From Trueperaceae bacterium (GTDB taxonomy: Bacteria > Deinococcota > Deinococci > Deinococcales > Trueperaceae), in assembly GCA_965213925.1 (NCBI GenBank), contig OZ243927.1, positions 2,848,001 to 2,912,000 on the forward strand: a DNA stretch of 64,000 nt, given 5' to 3'. The notes under the pieces are model-generated. The model did no database searches and had not been told where the DNA came from. It saw only the letters and a program-made list of their open reading frames with translations. Shown piece after piece: positions 1 to 9,857 of this stretch; positions within the stretch are counted from its first letter, which is position 1; every line of letters starts with the position of its first letter. The position numbers and the translations under genes are program-made.

Positions 1-353
1 CGGCTCGGCTGCGCGGTGAGAACCGTTTTCCACATGTTCTGCGAGCGCTCCTCGCCGATAAAAAGCGCCGCTAAAAGTGCGATCACGATGATGAGCAGGC
101 TCGGCGAGAGGAGCCCCAAGAGCAGGAGGTTGTTACGCGTAATCGAGACGGGCGAGGCGATAAGTTGCACGATCTCCTGCACGCTCACCGCTTCGTCAGC
201 GAACGAGCCCGCCACCCGGCTCTGCAAAATCCAGCCGATGAGGAGCAGCAGCGCGGGCACCAAGAGCCACATGAGCCCCGCCATGAGGTACGTGCGGCGT
301 TTACGCACGGCCTTAAAGACTTCGGCGCGGATGACGTTGGACAGACCGTTCAT
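1..353 (-). CDS. ABC-2 type transporter permease (3' end outside window)
   Basis: Not in ORF track; ATG at 353 with RBS GAAGGAG; reads MNGLSNVIRAEVFKAVRKRRTYLMAGLMWLL..., hydrophobic; downstream of ABC ATPase. Confidence 0.85.
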   Translation of the reverse strand, partial: MNGLSNVIRAEVFKAVRKRRTYLMAGLMWLLVPALLLLIGWILQSRVAGSFADEAVSVQEIVQLIASPVSITRNNLLLLGLLSPSLLIIVIALLAALFIGEERSQNMWKTVLTAQPS

Positions 354-393
354 TGAGGCTCCTTCGAAATCGCGTTCAGAGCGTGAGCGTCGT

Positions 394-459
394 ATTCAGT
401 CAGAATCCGGTAGTCAGTGGGGTGCTGAATTCTGACTACTGACACCTGACCCCTGCTTA
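394..459. repeat. 7-nt-period intergenic repeat with inverted arm
   Basis: CTGAATT CTGACTA CTGACAC CTGACCC CTGCTTA (425-459); AGTCAGAAT 398-406 complements ATTCTGACT 429-437. Confidence 0.6.
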
Positions 460-516
460 TTGTCTTACTAAGACCCTGTCGCAACAACAGAACCCGTGAA
501 ACCTCACCGCTGACGT

Positions 517-1428
517 TCACTGCGGTCTCCCGTCCTCTTTAAGCAGTTTGAGATAGGCGTCCTCTAAGCTGTCCACTTCGCGCCGCGCTTCGAGTACGTC
601 CACGCCTTCGGCGGCTAAGCGCGAGAGGAGTTTGGGGGCGTCCTCTAGGGGGACGATGGTCTCTAACCTCTCCCCTTCTAGGTCTTGCACAGGATAATCA
701 AACCTTTCTAATACGGACTTTAAGACCTCTTTATCGGTCGCTTGAAGCTCATAGCTCGCCTGCCGCTCGTCCAACCGTTTGGTGAGACGCTGCAAGGGTC
801 CGTCGAACAAGAGCTTACCTCTCTCTACGACCAATACACGCTCGACGAGCTTTTCGATCTCGGCTAAGATGTGGCTCGAGATGAGGATCGTCACGCCTTC
901 TTGGGCTGTCGCGCGTAAATTCTCGCGGATTTCGGCGATGCCGACGGGGTCCAAGCCGTTCGTCGGCTCGTCTAAGAGCATCACTTTGGGCTTCCACAGG
1001 AGCGCCCGAGCTAAGCCTAAGCGCTGCCGCATCCCCTGCGAGTAGGCGGAGAGCTTTTTATCGGCGGCGTTCTCCATGCGCACGAACTTCAAGACCTCGT
1101 CGATGCGACCCTCCGGCACGCCGCCGTGTAAGAGCGCGGCGTGTTTGAGGTTCGCTCTACCCGTCAAGTAGGGGTAAAAGCTCGGCTCTTCGATCATCGT
1201 GCCGACTTCCAAAAGGCTCGGGCCGGGGGCGCGTCGGTCCAGTATCTTCGAGGAACCGCTCGTCGGGCGGATCAGCCCCGCGAGCATCCGCAGCGTGGTC
1301 GTTTTGCCCGCGCCGTTCGGTCCTAAAAAGCCGACGATCTCCCCCTCTTTGATGTCGAAGCTCATGCTGTCTACCGCGGCTTTGCGCCCGTAGCGTTTGG
1401 TCAGGTCAGTGGCTGAAATCGCGCTCAT
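517..1428 (-). CDS. ABC transporter ATP-binding protein (BcrA-like)
   Basis: Walker A GPNGAGKTT, YSQGMRQR signature, LLDEPTNGLDP, SSH; RBS AAGGAG. Confidence 0.95.
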   Translation of the reverse strand: MSAISATDLTKRYGRKAAVDSMSFDIKEGEIVGFLGPNGAGKTTTLRMLAGLIRPTSGSSKILDRRAPGPSLLEVGTMIEEPSFYPYLTGRANLKHAALLHGGVPEGRIDEVLKFVRMENAADKKLSAYSQGMRQRLGLARALLWKPKVMLLDEPTNGLDPVGIAEIRENLRATAQEGVTILISSHILAEIEKLVERVLVVERGKLLFDGPLQRLTKRLDERQASYELQATDKEVLKSVLERFDYPVQDLEGERLETIVPLEDAPKLLSRLAAEGVDVLEARREVDSLEDAYLKLLKEDGRPQ

Positions 1429-1724
1429 GGGTAGCTCCTTATAGCAAGTACGACCTGGAACACGCTCACTCGCGAGCGAGCACGAGGACGGTCCCTGCGG
1501 TTATGTACCGCAGTAAGCCGTGCAACTGTTTAGTCCCCCGCGTTTAGCCCCCCACCAAGCTTACACTCTGCACGCCGCTGCTTGCTGAGCGTACGCGCCA
1601 AGAAGGTTTATCACTAAAGTTATCGCTGCGGCGACCTTCATCTCCTTTTAAGCTGAAGGCGTCTACGGCGCGCTTCGTGACGAACGTAGGGTAATTCACG
1701 TCGGTGGCGCGCTAGGCTTGTGGA

Positions 1725-2816
1725 ATGACATCTCTCGAGTGGCTCACTATCATTCTCGTTTACGCCGCCGCTTACGGCTTATGGTCCGCGCTCGTGCGCT
1801 ACCGCGAAAATGCGCCCTACAGGTCGAAGCGGTCGCGCCGCCTAGTCCGGTTCGGCGTTCTTACGCTCCTTCTCGTCGGTTTAGGCGCGGTCTATAACAG
1901 CGCGTCCGTGCAACGCTTTTTTCAAACAGAATCCCCTGAGACGTCCTCCGTGACGCCTGACACCACAACGGAGCCGGCTGAGGAGCTTGGGAGCGCGTCT
2001 GAGGGATCAGGCGAACAGCCCGCACCGGAAAAGTCCACGTCGGAGGTCGCGGTTCTCGAAACGACGCCGCCTCGAGACCTCGCCGTCGCCGCCTTGCCGA
2101 ACCGAGCCGCGCCGAAAGTCGAGGCAAGTCTGCCCTCTGTCCCACCAGCGCGAACGCAGCGCGCCGCGCCCGCTTCGGACAAAGCTCAGGATGCGTCTAA
2201 GCCCGCAACAGCGCCCCAAACACCTAAACCGTTCAAGATAGAGTTCCAGAGCGACCCCGCCGGCGCGACGCTCTATATTAGCAGCGAGCGTGTGGGCGTC
2301 ACGCCGATCGAACTCTCCTTAGCCGAGGACGAGCCGCTCCTCTACACGCTCCGCGCCGAAGAGGGCGTAGCGAACTACCGGCTTTACCACCCCTACTCGA
2401 ACACGCTGACGCTGACGAGGGACACCTCACTGAGTGTCTGGCTCGAGCGCCTGAACCGTGAAGAGGCTGCCGCCTTGCAGGAACGGCAGCGCCGAAAAGA
2501 CCTAGACGCCATTCAGCTTCCGCAGCTAAGCCACGTCAGCGCCGACACGACGCGCTATCAGATCATCACTGGTTGCAGCGAAGGGCTGGACCTCACCTAT
2601 ACGAATAAGGCGCAGCGTGTTGTACAAGAGAGAGGTCGCAAAGACGGTTGGGCTTACGGCTTCGTCCCCAAACCCGGGCAGTTTCTCTACCTCTACGCGC
2701 GAAGCAACTGCGCCTCGGGGTACTTGACGGTGCAACTCGTCCAAAACGGCGAGGTGCTCCAGGAAAACACCGCCACGGGCAAGAACGCGATCGCGACGAT
2801 CAGCACCTATTGGTAG
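1725..2816 (+). CDS. Membrane-anchored PEGA-domain protein
   Basis: Two N-terminal TM segments, Pro/Ser/Thr linker, IEFQSDPAGATLYI...VGVTP PEGA pattern; leaderless TAGGCT at 1713-1718. Confidence 0.7.
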   Translation: MTSLEWLTIILVYAAAYGLWSALVRYRENAPYRSKRSRRLVRFGVLTLLLVGLGAVYNSASVQRFFQTESPETSSVTPDTTTEPAEELGSASEGSGEQPAPEKSTSEVAVLETTPPRDLAVAALPNRAAPKVEASLPSVPPARTQRAAPASDKAQDASKPATAPQTPKPFKIEFQSDPAGATLYISSERVGVTPIELSLAEDEPLLYTLRAEEGVANYRLYHPYSNTLTLTRDTSLSVWLERLNREEAAALQERQRRKDLDAIQLPQLSHVSADTTRYQIITGCSEGLDLTYTNKAQRVVQERGRKDGWAYGFVPKPGQFLYLYARSNCASGYLTVQLVQNGEVLQENTATGKNAIATISTYW

Positions 2817-2825
2817 AGCGTTACA

Positions 2826-5615
2826 TTATCCGGTATTGCGCATTCCCGCCGAGACGCCCAATAGACTTACGCGCACCGAGTAGTCCAGCGGGTCCCGTTC
2901 GGGCGCGTCTTCGGGTAGGGCGCGCAGCCTCTTTAAGAGTTCGACCTGCAAGTACGAGATGGGGTCCACGTAGGGATTGCGCAGCTCGATGCCGCGCCGC
3001 AGGGTCGGGTCATGCTCCAAGAGCGACACGCCCGTCGCGCGGCTCACAACGTCGACGGAGCGCCCGTACTCCTCCCTAATCTTCGGCCAGAAGCGCTCTT
3101 TAAGCTCGGCGGGCAAGAGGACTAAGTACGATTCGAAGATGCCCATATCGGCTTTAGCCAGGCTCATCTGCGCAAAGTCGATGACGGTCTTGAAGAAGGG
3201 CCAAGCCTCGTACATGTCACTCAGCGACCCGTCATCCAGTTCCGCTAAGCCTGTGCCCAAACCGTACCAACCTGGCAAGTTGGCGCGGCACTGCGTCCAG
3301 GAGAACACCCAAGGGATGGCGCGGAGGCTCTCTAGGGAGCGCTCACCTTCGCGCCGGGCAGGACGTGAGCCGACCTCTAAACGGCTGATCTCCTCGATCG
3401 GTGTGACTTGGTGGTAGAAGTCCAGAAAGCCTTCCGTTTCTAAAAAGGCGCGGTAGTGCGCCTTAGCCGCCTTTGCCGCGCGGCTCAGCGCCTCTCTATG
3501 TTCACTGCTGACTTCGGGTAAGGTCTCTGGGCGGGCGTCTCTGGCAGACGACAGGATAAAGGCGTGCGTCACTTGCTCTAGGTGGCGGTGCGCCAAGTCG
3601 GGGTCGGCGTAGCGGTCTGAAAGCGCTTCGCCCTGCTCGGTCATGCGCATCCGCCCGCCCAAGGAGCCCGGCGGCTGCGCTAGGATTGCGCGCCCGGCGG
3701 GTCCGCCGCCGCGCCCGATCGAGGTGCCGCGCCCGTGAAAGAGGCGCAGCGGCACGTCCGCTTCGCGGCACACCTCGGCGACGCGCTCTTGCGCTTCGTA
3801 GAGCGCCCAGTTCGCGGCTAAAAAGCCCGCGTCCTTGTTCGAGTCGGAGTAGCCGATCATCACCTCTTGCACGCCCCGCCGCGAGAGGTGTTTTCGGTAC
3901 ACGTCTAGGCTGAAAAGCTGCCGCAAGATGTCCGGCGCGTTTTCCAAGTCCGTCACGGTCTCGAAGAGCGGCGTGATGTCGACATCTGTCACGCCCGCTT
4001 GCTTAGCCAAGATGAGCGGCTCCAAGATGTCGGAGATGCCCGCCGTCATCGAGATGATGTAGCTGCTGAGCGCGTCATCCCCGTAGCGCCGCCCCATCTC
4101 CTTGTAGGTTTCTAAAAAGGTCAGCGCCCGCACGGTCTCGTCCTCTAACGGGGTGCCGGGCGCGGCGAAGGGGCGCGGCGAGGCGAGTTCGCGCGTCAGA
4201 AGCTCGACCTTCTCCTCCTCGCTCAGCGCGCCGTAGTCCCCGCAGACGCCCGCGTGACGCAAGAGGTCAGCCACTGCGCGCTCGTGCATTCCGGAGTGCT
4301 CGCGCAGGTCCAGAGTCGCTAAGTGCGCGCCGAAAACTGCCGCGCGGTAGCGCGCCGGGCGCACGAACGCCTCCGCCGCCCGCCTGCCCTTGTCCGCGCG
4401 GAGCGTGCGCTCGACCAGCGCCAGGTCGCCCAGATAGTCCTGCCCCGCCTCCGGCTGCTCCTCTAACGCGTCTAAAGCGGAGGTGAGCTTGCGGTGCGTC
4501 TCGGAGAGCTTGAGGCGGTAGGGTTCGCCCTCGAAGCGGGACAGCTTAGGGCGAACGTTCTCCAAGCGACCCCTCTCCTCCTCGAAGTCGTCCGTAAGTT
4601 GAACCCTATCGTCCCACTGCGAGAGACGTTGAATAAGCCCGTCCACGTCGTCTACATAGCGCGACAGGGCGACCTCCGTTTGCAGGTCGTACGCCTCTTT
4701 CATCACCTCGGGCGTCACGAACGGGTTGCCGTCGCGGTCGCCGCCGATCCAAGAGCGAAACTTAATGACGGGGGGTAGGGGTTTGGCTTTGCTCGCGCTG
4801 CTCGTGTCGCCCTCTCGTCCGTAGTAGCGCTCTAGTGCGCCCTCTAGCTCGAGCATAAGCCGCGGCACCGTCTCTAGGAGCGAGCGCCGGAAGTAGTAGA
4901 GCGCCGACTTGACCTCATCAAGCACGCTCGGCTTCTGCGCGACGAGTTCGCGCGTCTGCCACAGGGTCGCGATCTCCGCGACGATCTCCTGCTCTTTAAT
5001 CGTGCGGGCTTGCGGCGAGAGGTCGCGCTCGCTCAGTTGGCGCAGCGCGGAGGCGACGCGCTCCAGTTTGAGCCGCACCGTGTAGCGCTTGACCTCGGTC
5101 GGGTGCGCCGTGATGGTGGGCTGGATATCGAGCGCTTCGATGAAGTGCCGCGCTTCGCCGTGTGACCAACCCTGATCTTTGAGCGATTTGACCGCCGCCG
5201 CGACCGACTCCTTGCGGGGCGCGTCGTCGGTCGCTTCGCCCTCGCGCAAGCGGTTGATGCGGACGCGGTGAATCTCTTCGGCCAGGTTGATGAGCTGAAA
5301 AAAAATGGTGAACGCGCGCAGGAGCTTTTCAGCCTCGTCCAAGCTCAGCTCCGAGAGCCGTTTCCTGAGCCTCTCGCGCAGGGCTTCAGCGTCCGGGTTC
5401 GCGCGCAGCTCTTTAGTGAGGTTGCGGACCTCTTCGACTAAATTGTAGAGCCCTTCACCCTCGAGTTCTTGCAGCACCTCCCCGAGTGAGCGCCCTAAAA
5501 AATCCACATCCGCCCGGAGTTGCGCGAAGGCGCGTTTGTAGACGTCTGCACCCTCCGTCGCCTCTTTTCGTGACCTATTTTCAACTACCTTATCTTTAAC
5601 TACAGGATCACTCAT
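2826..5615 (-). CDS. ppc: Phosphoenolpyruvate carboxylase
   Basis: TAHPTE, SWIGGDRDGNP, QEVMIGYSDSNKDAG, FHGRGTSIGRGGGP, LRAIPWVFSWTQ, C-terminal MRNTG. Confidence 0.98.
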   Translation of the reverse strand: MSDPVVKDKVVENRSRKEATEGADVYKRAFAQLRADVDFLGRSLGEVLQELEGEGLYNLVEEVRNLTKELRANPDAEALRERLRKRLSELSLDEAEKLLRAFTIFFQLINLAEEIHRVRINRLREGEATDDAPRKESVAAAVKSLKDQGWSHGEARHFIEALDIQPTITAHPTEVKRYTVRLKLERVASALRQLSERDLSPQARTIKEQEIVAEIATLWQTRELVAQKPSVLDEVKSALYYFRRSLLETVPRLMLELEGALERYYGREGDTSSASKAKPLPPVIKFRSWIGGDRDGNPFVTPEVMKEAYDLQTEVALSRYVDDVDGLIQRLSQWDDRVQLTDDFEEERGRLENVRPKLSRFEGEPYRLKLSETHRKLTSALDALEEQPEAGQDYLGDLALVERTLRADKGRRAAEAFVRPARYRAAVFGAHLATLDLREHSGMHERAVADLLRHAGVCGDYGALSEEEKVELLTRELASPRPFAAPGTPLEDETVRALTFLETYKEMGRRYGDDALSSYIISMTAGISDILEPLILAKQAGVTDVDITPLFETVTDLENAPDILRQLFSLDVYRKHLSRRGVQEVMIGYSDSNKDAGFLAANWALYEAQERVAEVCREADVPLRLFHGRGTSIGRGGGPAGRAILAQPPGSLGGRMRMTEQGEALSDRYADPDLAHRHLEQVTHAFILSSARDARPETLPEVSSEHREALSRAAKAAKAHYRAFLETEGFLDFYHQVTPIEEISRLEVGSRPARREGERSLESLRAIPWVFSWTQCRANLPGWYGLGTGLAELDDGSLSDMYEAWPFFKTVIDFAQMSLAKADMGIFESYLVLLPAELKERFWPKIREEYGRSVDVVSRATGVSLLEHDPTLRRGIELRNPYVDPISYLQVELLKRLRALPEDAPERDPLDYSVRVSLLGVSAGMRNTG

Positions 5616-5654
5616 AAGCCATCCTCTCTAATTGAAATGGTATGGGGAGACGTT

Positions 5655-5686
5655 CGTTGCGGAATAAACGCGTTGCGGAGTAAACG
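5655..5686. repeat. 16-bp tandem repeat upstream of ppc
   Basis: CGTTGCGGAATAAACG followed by CGTTGCGGAGTAAACG (1 mismatch). Confidence 0.7.
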
Positions 5687-5841
5687 CACAAATGCAACGC
5701 TAAGGTGTATCAATATGCAATCCCTAGACCTCTTAGCGCTACTTTATAACTATGACACGAACGGTGTGCAAAAAACAAATCTTGGGGAAACCAAAAACGA
5801 GAGGCGTTCACGTTTCGACTGCTTCCTGCTTCTGACTACCC

Positions 5842-6603
5842 TCACGCCTCTTGCGTCCACTGGACACGCTCGATAGAGGTCGCTTTGCCCGCCTCGAGGT
5901 CCAACACTACCGCGCAGAGCGTTCCCGGTTTATCGGCAGGTTTATAACGCTTGGGTAAGCCCGTCCGGAAGCGGTAGACGACCTCGTCGAAGCGCAGACC
6001 GATGGCCGAGTCGAACACGCCCGTCATGCCGACATCAGTGATATAAGCCGTGCCCTTCTTGATCATCTCGTCGGCGGTCTGCACGTGTGTGTGCGTCCCT
6101 AGAACCGCCGCCGCCCGCCCCGCTAAGAGGTGCCCTAGCGCCCGCTTCTCAGAGGTCGCCTCGGCGTGAACGTCTACGATGAGGGTTTCATTCACCTCGT
6201 CGGCAAGGGCGTCTAAAGCGGCGAAGGGATTGTCCGTGGGCGGCATAAAAATACGCCCCATCGCCTGCGCCACCGTGACGCGCTCGCCCGTCCTCGCTTC
6301 GACGCTCGTGTAGCCTAGCCCTGGCGCACCGGAGGTGTAATTCATGGGGCGAATTAGGCGCGGCGTCTCCTCTAAAAGCGTCATAACCTCCTCTTTGTCC
6401 CAGGTGTGATTGCCGAGCGTCACCACGTCTACGCCCGCGCCCAGAATGCGCCCGAAGGTTTTGCGCGTGAGACCGAAGCCGCCCGCCGCGTTTTCTCCGT
6501 TGGCGATGATGAGATCAAAATCGTTTTTGCAGCGCTCTAAGTACGCCTCCAGGACCGCTAACCCAGGATTCCCGAAGATGTCGCCGACGAAAAGAACCCG
6601 CAC
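5842..6603 (-). CDS. ymdB: YmdB/TIGR00282-family metallophosphoesterase
   Basis: LFVGDIFG, NGENAAGGFG, TLGNH, DVHAEATSEK, GTHTHVQTAD, TDVGMTG; GTG start at 6603 overlaps upstream TAG. Confidence 0.9.
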   Translation of the reverse strand: MRVLFVGDIFGNPGLAVLEAYLERCKNDFDLIIANGENAAGGFGLTRKTFGRILGAGVDVVTLGNHTWDKEEVMTLLEETPRLIRPMNYTSGAPGLGYTSVEARTGERVTVAQAMGRIFMPPTDNPFAALDALADEVNETLIVDVHAEATSEKRALGHLLAGRAAAVLGTHTHVQTADEMIKKGTAYITDVGMTGVFDSAIGLRFDEVVYRFRTGLPKRYKPADKPGTLCAVVLDLEAGKATSIERVQWTQEA

Positions 6604-6962
6604 TAACGCGCCTTTTGCGCCTCGTACGCTTCGCGCCAACACGCCTCGTCCCAGCCTACCGTAAGCGTGTCGCCGCTTCTTACAAGAGGTTGCACCATCA
6701 GCGCGGGGTTTTGGATGAGCTTGTCCATCATCGCCTCATCGCCGACGCGCATGTACTCGAGCCCCGCCTTTTCGTACGCCTTACCCTTCGTGTCGACGAG
6801 CGCGTTAAGACCCACTTTCTGCACGAAGCGCTTCAGCTCGCCCGGCGCGATCTCGCGCTCTTTAAGGTCCACGAACTGCGGCTTGATGCCCCGCTCCTTA
6901 AAGAAGCGGAGCGCTTTTTTGGTGTCTTGCGACTTTTTGGTGCCGAATATCTGGACGTTCAC
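6603..6962 (-). CDS. ArsC/Spx-family protein
   Basis: VQIFGTKKSQDTKKALRFFKERG...P.L...PLVR; CxxC absent; leaderless TAGACT box. Confidence 0.8.
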   Translation of the reverse strand: MNVQIFGTKKSQDTKKALRFFKERGIKPQFVDLKEREIAPGELKRFVQKVGLNALVDTKGKAYEKAGLEYMRVGDEAMMDKLIQNPALMVQPLVRSGDTLTVGWDEACWREAYEAQKAR

Positions 6963-7028
6963 GAGTGTAGTCTAGTCGAATTGTACGGGGGAGATGTTTC
7001 TGTATATCGCAACAGGCTTGAAGAAAGC

Positions 7029-7481
7029 TCATGAGAACAGCGACTTACGAATTTCTACGGTGACTTCGCCGTCTGGCTCCACCTTCTTTTCTACCGCTTC
7101 GTAACCGAGGTGAAGGTAGAAGTCTAAGGCGGTGAGGCTCGAGTACGCCCTAAGCGCCTCCAAACCTCTTCCCCTTGCGACCTCTTCTACATGCGTTACC
7201 AGCAGCTTACCGACGCCACCACCATGTAAATCTGGATAGACAAACACGCTGCCGAGTTCATCTTCTTTCAAGGTCGCTGTGCCGACAACCTCTTCTTGCA
7301 CCGCCACGAAGCTCAACCGCTCGCCGAACCTCTCTCGCACCTTTCCGGGTGTGAATTCACCGCACAACCTCTCGATTTGAGAGGGCGTGTAGTCACGGCT
7401 ATTGACCTCTTTCAAACAGCGCATGATGACACCTGAGGCTCCCTCACTATCGTTGGAGTGAAAGGGACGAATCTTTATCAA
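7029..7481 (-). CDS. GNAT-family acetyltransferase
   Basis: VFVYPDLHGGGVGKLL acetyl-CoA motif, ALDFYLHLGY. Confidence 0.9.
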   Translation of the reverse strand: MIKIRPFHSNDSEGASGVIMRCLKEVNSRDYTPSQIERLCGEFTPGKVRERFGERLSFVAVQEEVVGTATLKEDELGSVFVYPDLHGGGVGKLLVTHVEEVARGRGLEALRAYSSLTALDFYLHLGYEAVEKKVEPDGEVTVEIRKSLFS

Positions 7482-9703
7482 GAGGGCGTCAAAATCTCCT
7501 CGAACTCCAGATTCTCCGCCGCCAAAACGAACACCGTTGTAGGCAACTTGTCCGCCCGCTCCTGCAATGACTCGTAGTACGGCACGTAGTCGTCCCCTTC
7601 GGGCGCTCTCATCCCTAAAAAGACGAGGTCGGCGTTCGCGGATGACTCGCGCAAGATGTTATCGAAGGAGCGTCCGCCGGAGAGGATCACGTCGGTTTTC
7701 GCGCCCGTCCTGACGCTGTCGACCACGGCGTCTAGGTTGCGCTTCGCGCCCTCGACGCCCTTCTCCGAGCCCACCACCATCTTGATGCGGATTTCCGCGC
7801 CGCGCCAGCTCGAGGAGGTCTTTAAGAGGTACGCCAAAGTTATCATCAAGCCGCCGTTCCCTTTGAGACCGCCCCACCACACGTCGATGCGCTTGCGGTG
7901 ACCGTAACCCTTTTGGGAATTGTTATGGACGATGACCAAGTTGCGCTCCGACTGGTGAAAGTTGGCGAGCATCTGGCAGAAGCGCTCTCTTCGCTCGGAG
8001 GACTCGCTGTCACCTAAAAGCACCGTATTCGGCACGAGCGGGCCTAACCCGTAGGTTTCGACGAGCCGCTCCGCGCCCGCGAAAGCGTCGGGCGCACGCA
8101 CGATGCGCAAGAGGGCTTGCACGCCGCGCTCTTCTAGGTAGTCCTGAACGGTGCGCTCCAAAGAGTCCTCGCGCTGGGGCGAGATGGAGCGGTCGGTGAG
8201 CACGCTGGCGATGGTCACAAGCGCGCGGTTATGGGAGAGCGAGAGCGCCAAGTCCACCAGATGCCAACGTTTGGTCGGCGCGCCGGAGAGCACCAAGAGG
8301 TGAGGTCGCCAGTTTTTGGGGTCGGGGTCACTCCGCAGACGTAAAAGCCCCGCGCGCGTCACCGCCATCCAGAGTCCCTGGCGCACGTCGCCCCAGGCGG
8401 TGCGGAGTTCGCGGCGCTCCAACCACACGAAGATAACCAGCACCACGACCACCGCGATCGCCGTGGCGAGCGCGTTGATGAGGAGCATTACCGCGATACA
8501 ACCCACCGCGCCTAAGAGCGACCACGCCCAGTGCACCTGAAACTTGGGGCGGTACGACGGGCTCGCCAACATCCGCTCGACCGCCGCCGCGATATTGAGG
8601 ACGCCGTAGGTGGTCAAAAAGAACATCGTGAGAATCGGCGCGATGAGGTTGAGGTTGCCGAAGTACACCGCCGCCAACGCCACGCCCAAGGTGACGAACG
8701 TGCCGATGCGCGGCTGGTCCGACTCGCCGCTGCCGCGACCCAACCAGCGCAGCATGGGCGGCAACACGCCGTCACGCGCTAAGGCTTGCAGCACCCTAGG
8801 CGCACCGAGGATGCTGCCTAGGGCGCTCGAGAGCGTCGCCCCCCATACGCCTAAAAGGATCGCGTCGCCCCAGAACGCCATCTTGCGCATGATCAAAGGG
8901 TCCTCGATGAGCGTCACCGCGTCCGCCCTGGTCGCCAGCAAGATAGGCAGCAGCATGTAGATGACGTAGCCCACGCCCACCGCCGCAAAGGTGCCGAGCG
9001 GGATGGACTTTGCCGGGTTGCGCAGGTCGCCCGAGAGATTCACGCCCGCCATGATGCCCGTAACCGCCGGAAAAAAAACCGCGAAAACCGTCCAAAAGGG
9101 TTCCGAAACGCGGTCCGACGCGCCGAACATCTCGATGTTGGACTGCTCTATAGGTCCGCCGAAAAGCAGCGACAGCAGTGAAATCGCAATCGCCGTCATG
9201 ATGATGTACTGCGAGCGGATCACGATTTGCGCCGAGATGAGCGCCAGCGCCGCTACGCCAAGCGTAACCACAATGCCTACGGTGCGCTGGTCCAACTCAG
9301 GGAACACGCCCGCCAAACTCTCCGCAAAACCGATCGTATAGAGTGAAACCGACAGCGCTTGCGCGAAGTAGAGCGGGATGCCCACCGCGCCGCCCGTCTC
9401 GATGCCCAAAGAGCGGCTGATCATGTAGTACGCGCCGCCGATGCGCACGCGCTGGTCGGTAGCGATGGCTGAAATCGAAAGGGTCGTCAAAAAAGTGATG
9501 GACGTAGCGAGCGTGACGATGGCGAGCGTGCCGATGAGCCCCGCGTTGCCGACCACCCAGCCGAACCGCAAATACATGATGACGCCCAAGATCGTCAGGA
9601 TGGAGGGGGTGAAGACGCCGCCGAAGGTGCCGAGCTTGCCGTCTTGCGGGGCGGGTTCGGAAGAACCAGACTCAGAGGAAAAAAAGGAGAGAGGATTTTT
9701 CAT
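7478..9703 (-). CDS. Cation-chloride cotransporter (SLC12-like, APC superfamily)
   Basis: LGTFGGVF, GGAYYMISRSLG, FFPAVTGIMAGVNLSGDL..P.KSIP.GT, KNWRPHLLV, IDVWW; start set to ATG 9703. Confidence 0.9.
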   Translation of the reverse strand: MKNPLSFFSSESGSSEPAPQDGKLGTFGGVFTPSILTILGVIMYLRFGWVVGNAGLIGTLAIVTLATSITFLTTLSISAIATDQRVRIGGAYYMISRSLGIETGGAVGIPLYFAQALSVSLYTIGFAESLAGVFPELDQRTVGIVVTLGVAALALISAQIVIRSQYIIMTAIAISLLSLLFGGPIEQSNIEMFGASDRVSEPFWTVFAVFFPAVTGIMAGVNLSGDLRNPAKSIPLGTFAAVGVGYVIYMLLPILLATRADAVTLIEDPLIMRKMAFWGDAILLGVWGATLSSALGSILGAPRVLQALARDGVLPPMLRWLGRGSGESDQPRIGTFVTLGVALAAVYFGNLNLIAPILTMFFLTTYGVLNIAAAVERMLASPSYRPKFQVHWAWSLLGAVGCIAVMLLINALATAIAVVVVLVIFVWLERRELRTAWGDVRQGLWMAVTRAGLLRLRSDPDPKNWRPHLLVLSGAPTKRWHLVDLALSLSHNRALVTIASVLTDRSISPQREDSLERTVQDYLEERGVQALLRIVRAPDAFAGAERLVETYGLGPLVPNTVLLGDSESSERRERFCQMLANFHQSERNLVIVHNNSQKGYGHRKRIDVWWGGLKGNGGLMITLAYLLKTSSSWRGAEIRIKMVVGSEKGVEGAKRNLDAVVDSVRTGAKTDVILSGGRSFDNILRESSANADLVFLGMRAPEGDDYVPYYESLQERADKLPTTVFVLAAENLEFEEILTPS

Positions 9704-9857
9704 GGGAATGAGGTCATGGTAACAGGTTTGAGAATTCAGGAGCGCAGACAGCCTTACGCAACCGTGAGGCACTTCATTAAGCCCGAACCTCACTTATGAA
9801 AAATGTCACATTCATAACGTTTTTTTGTTACACTTATCCAAGTCAAAGGAGGCTTTC

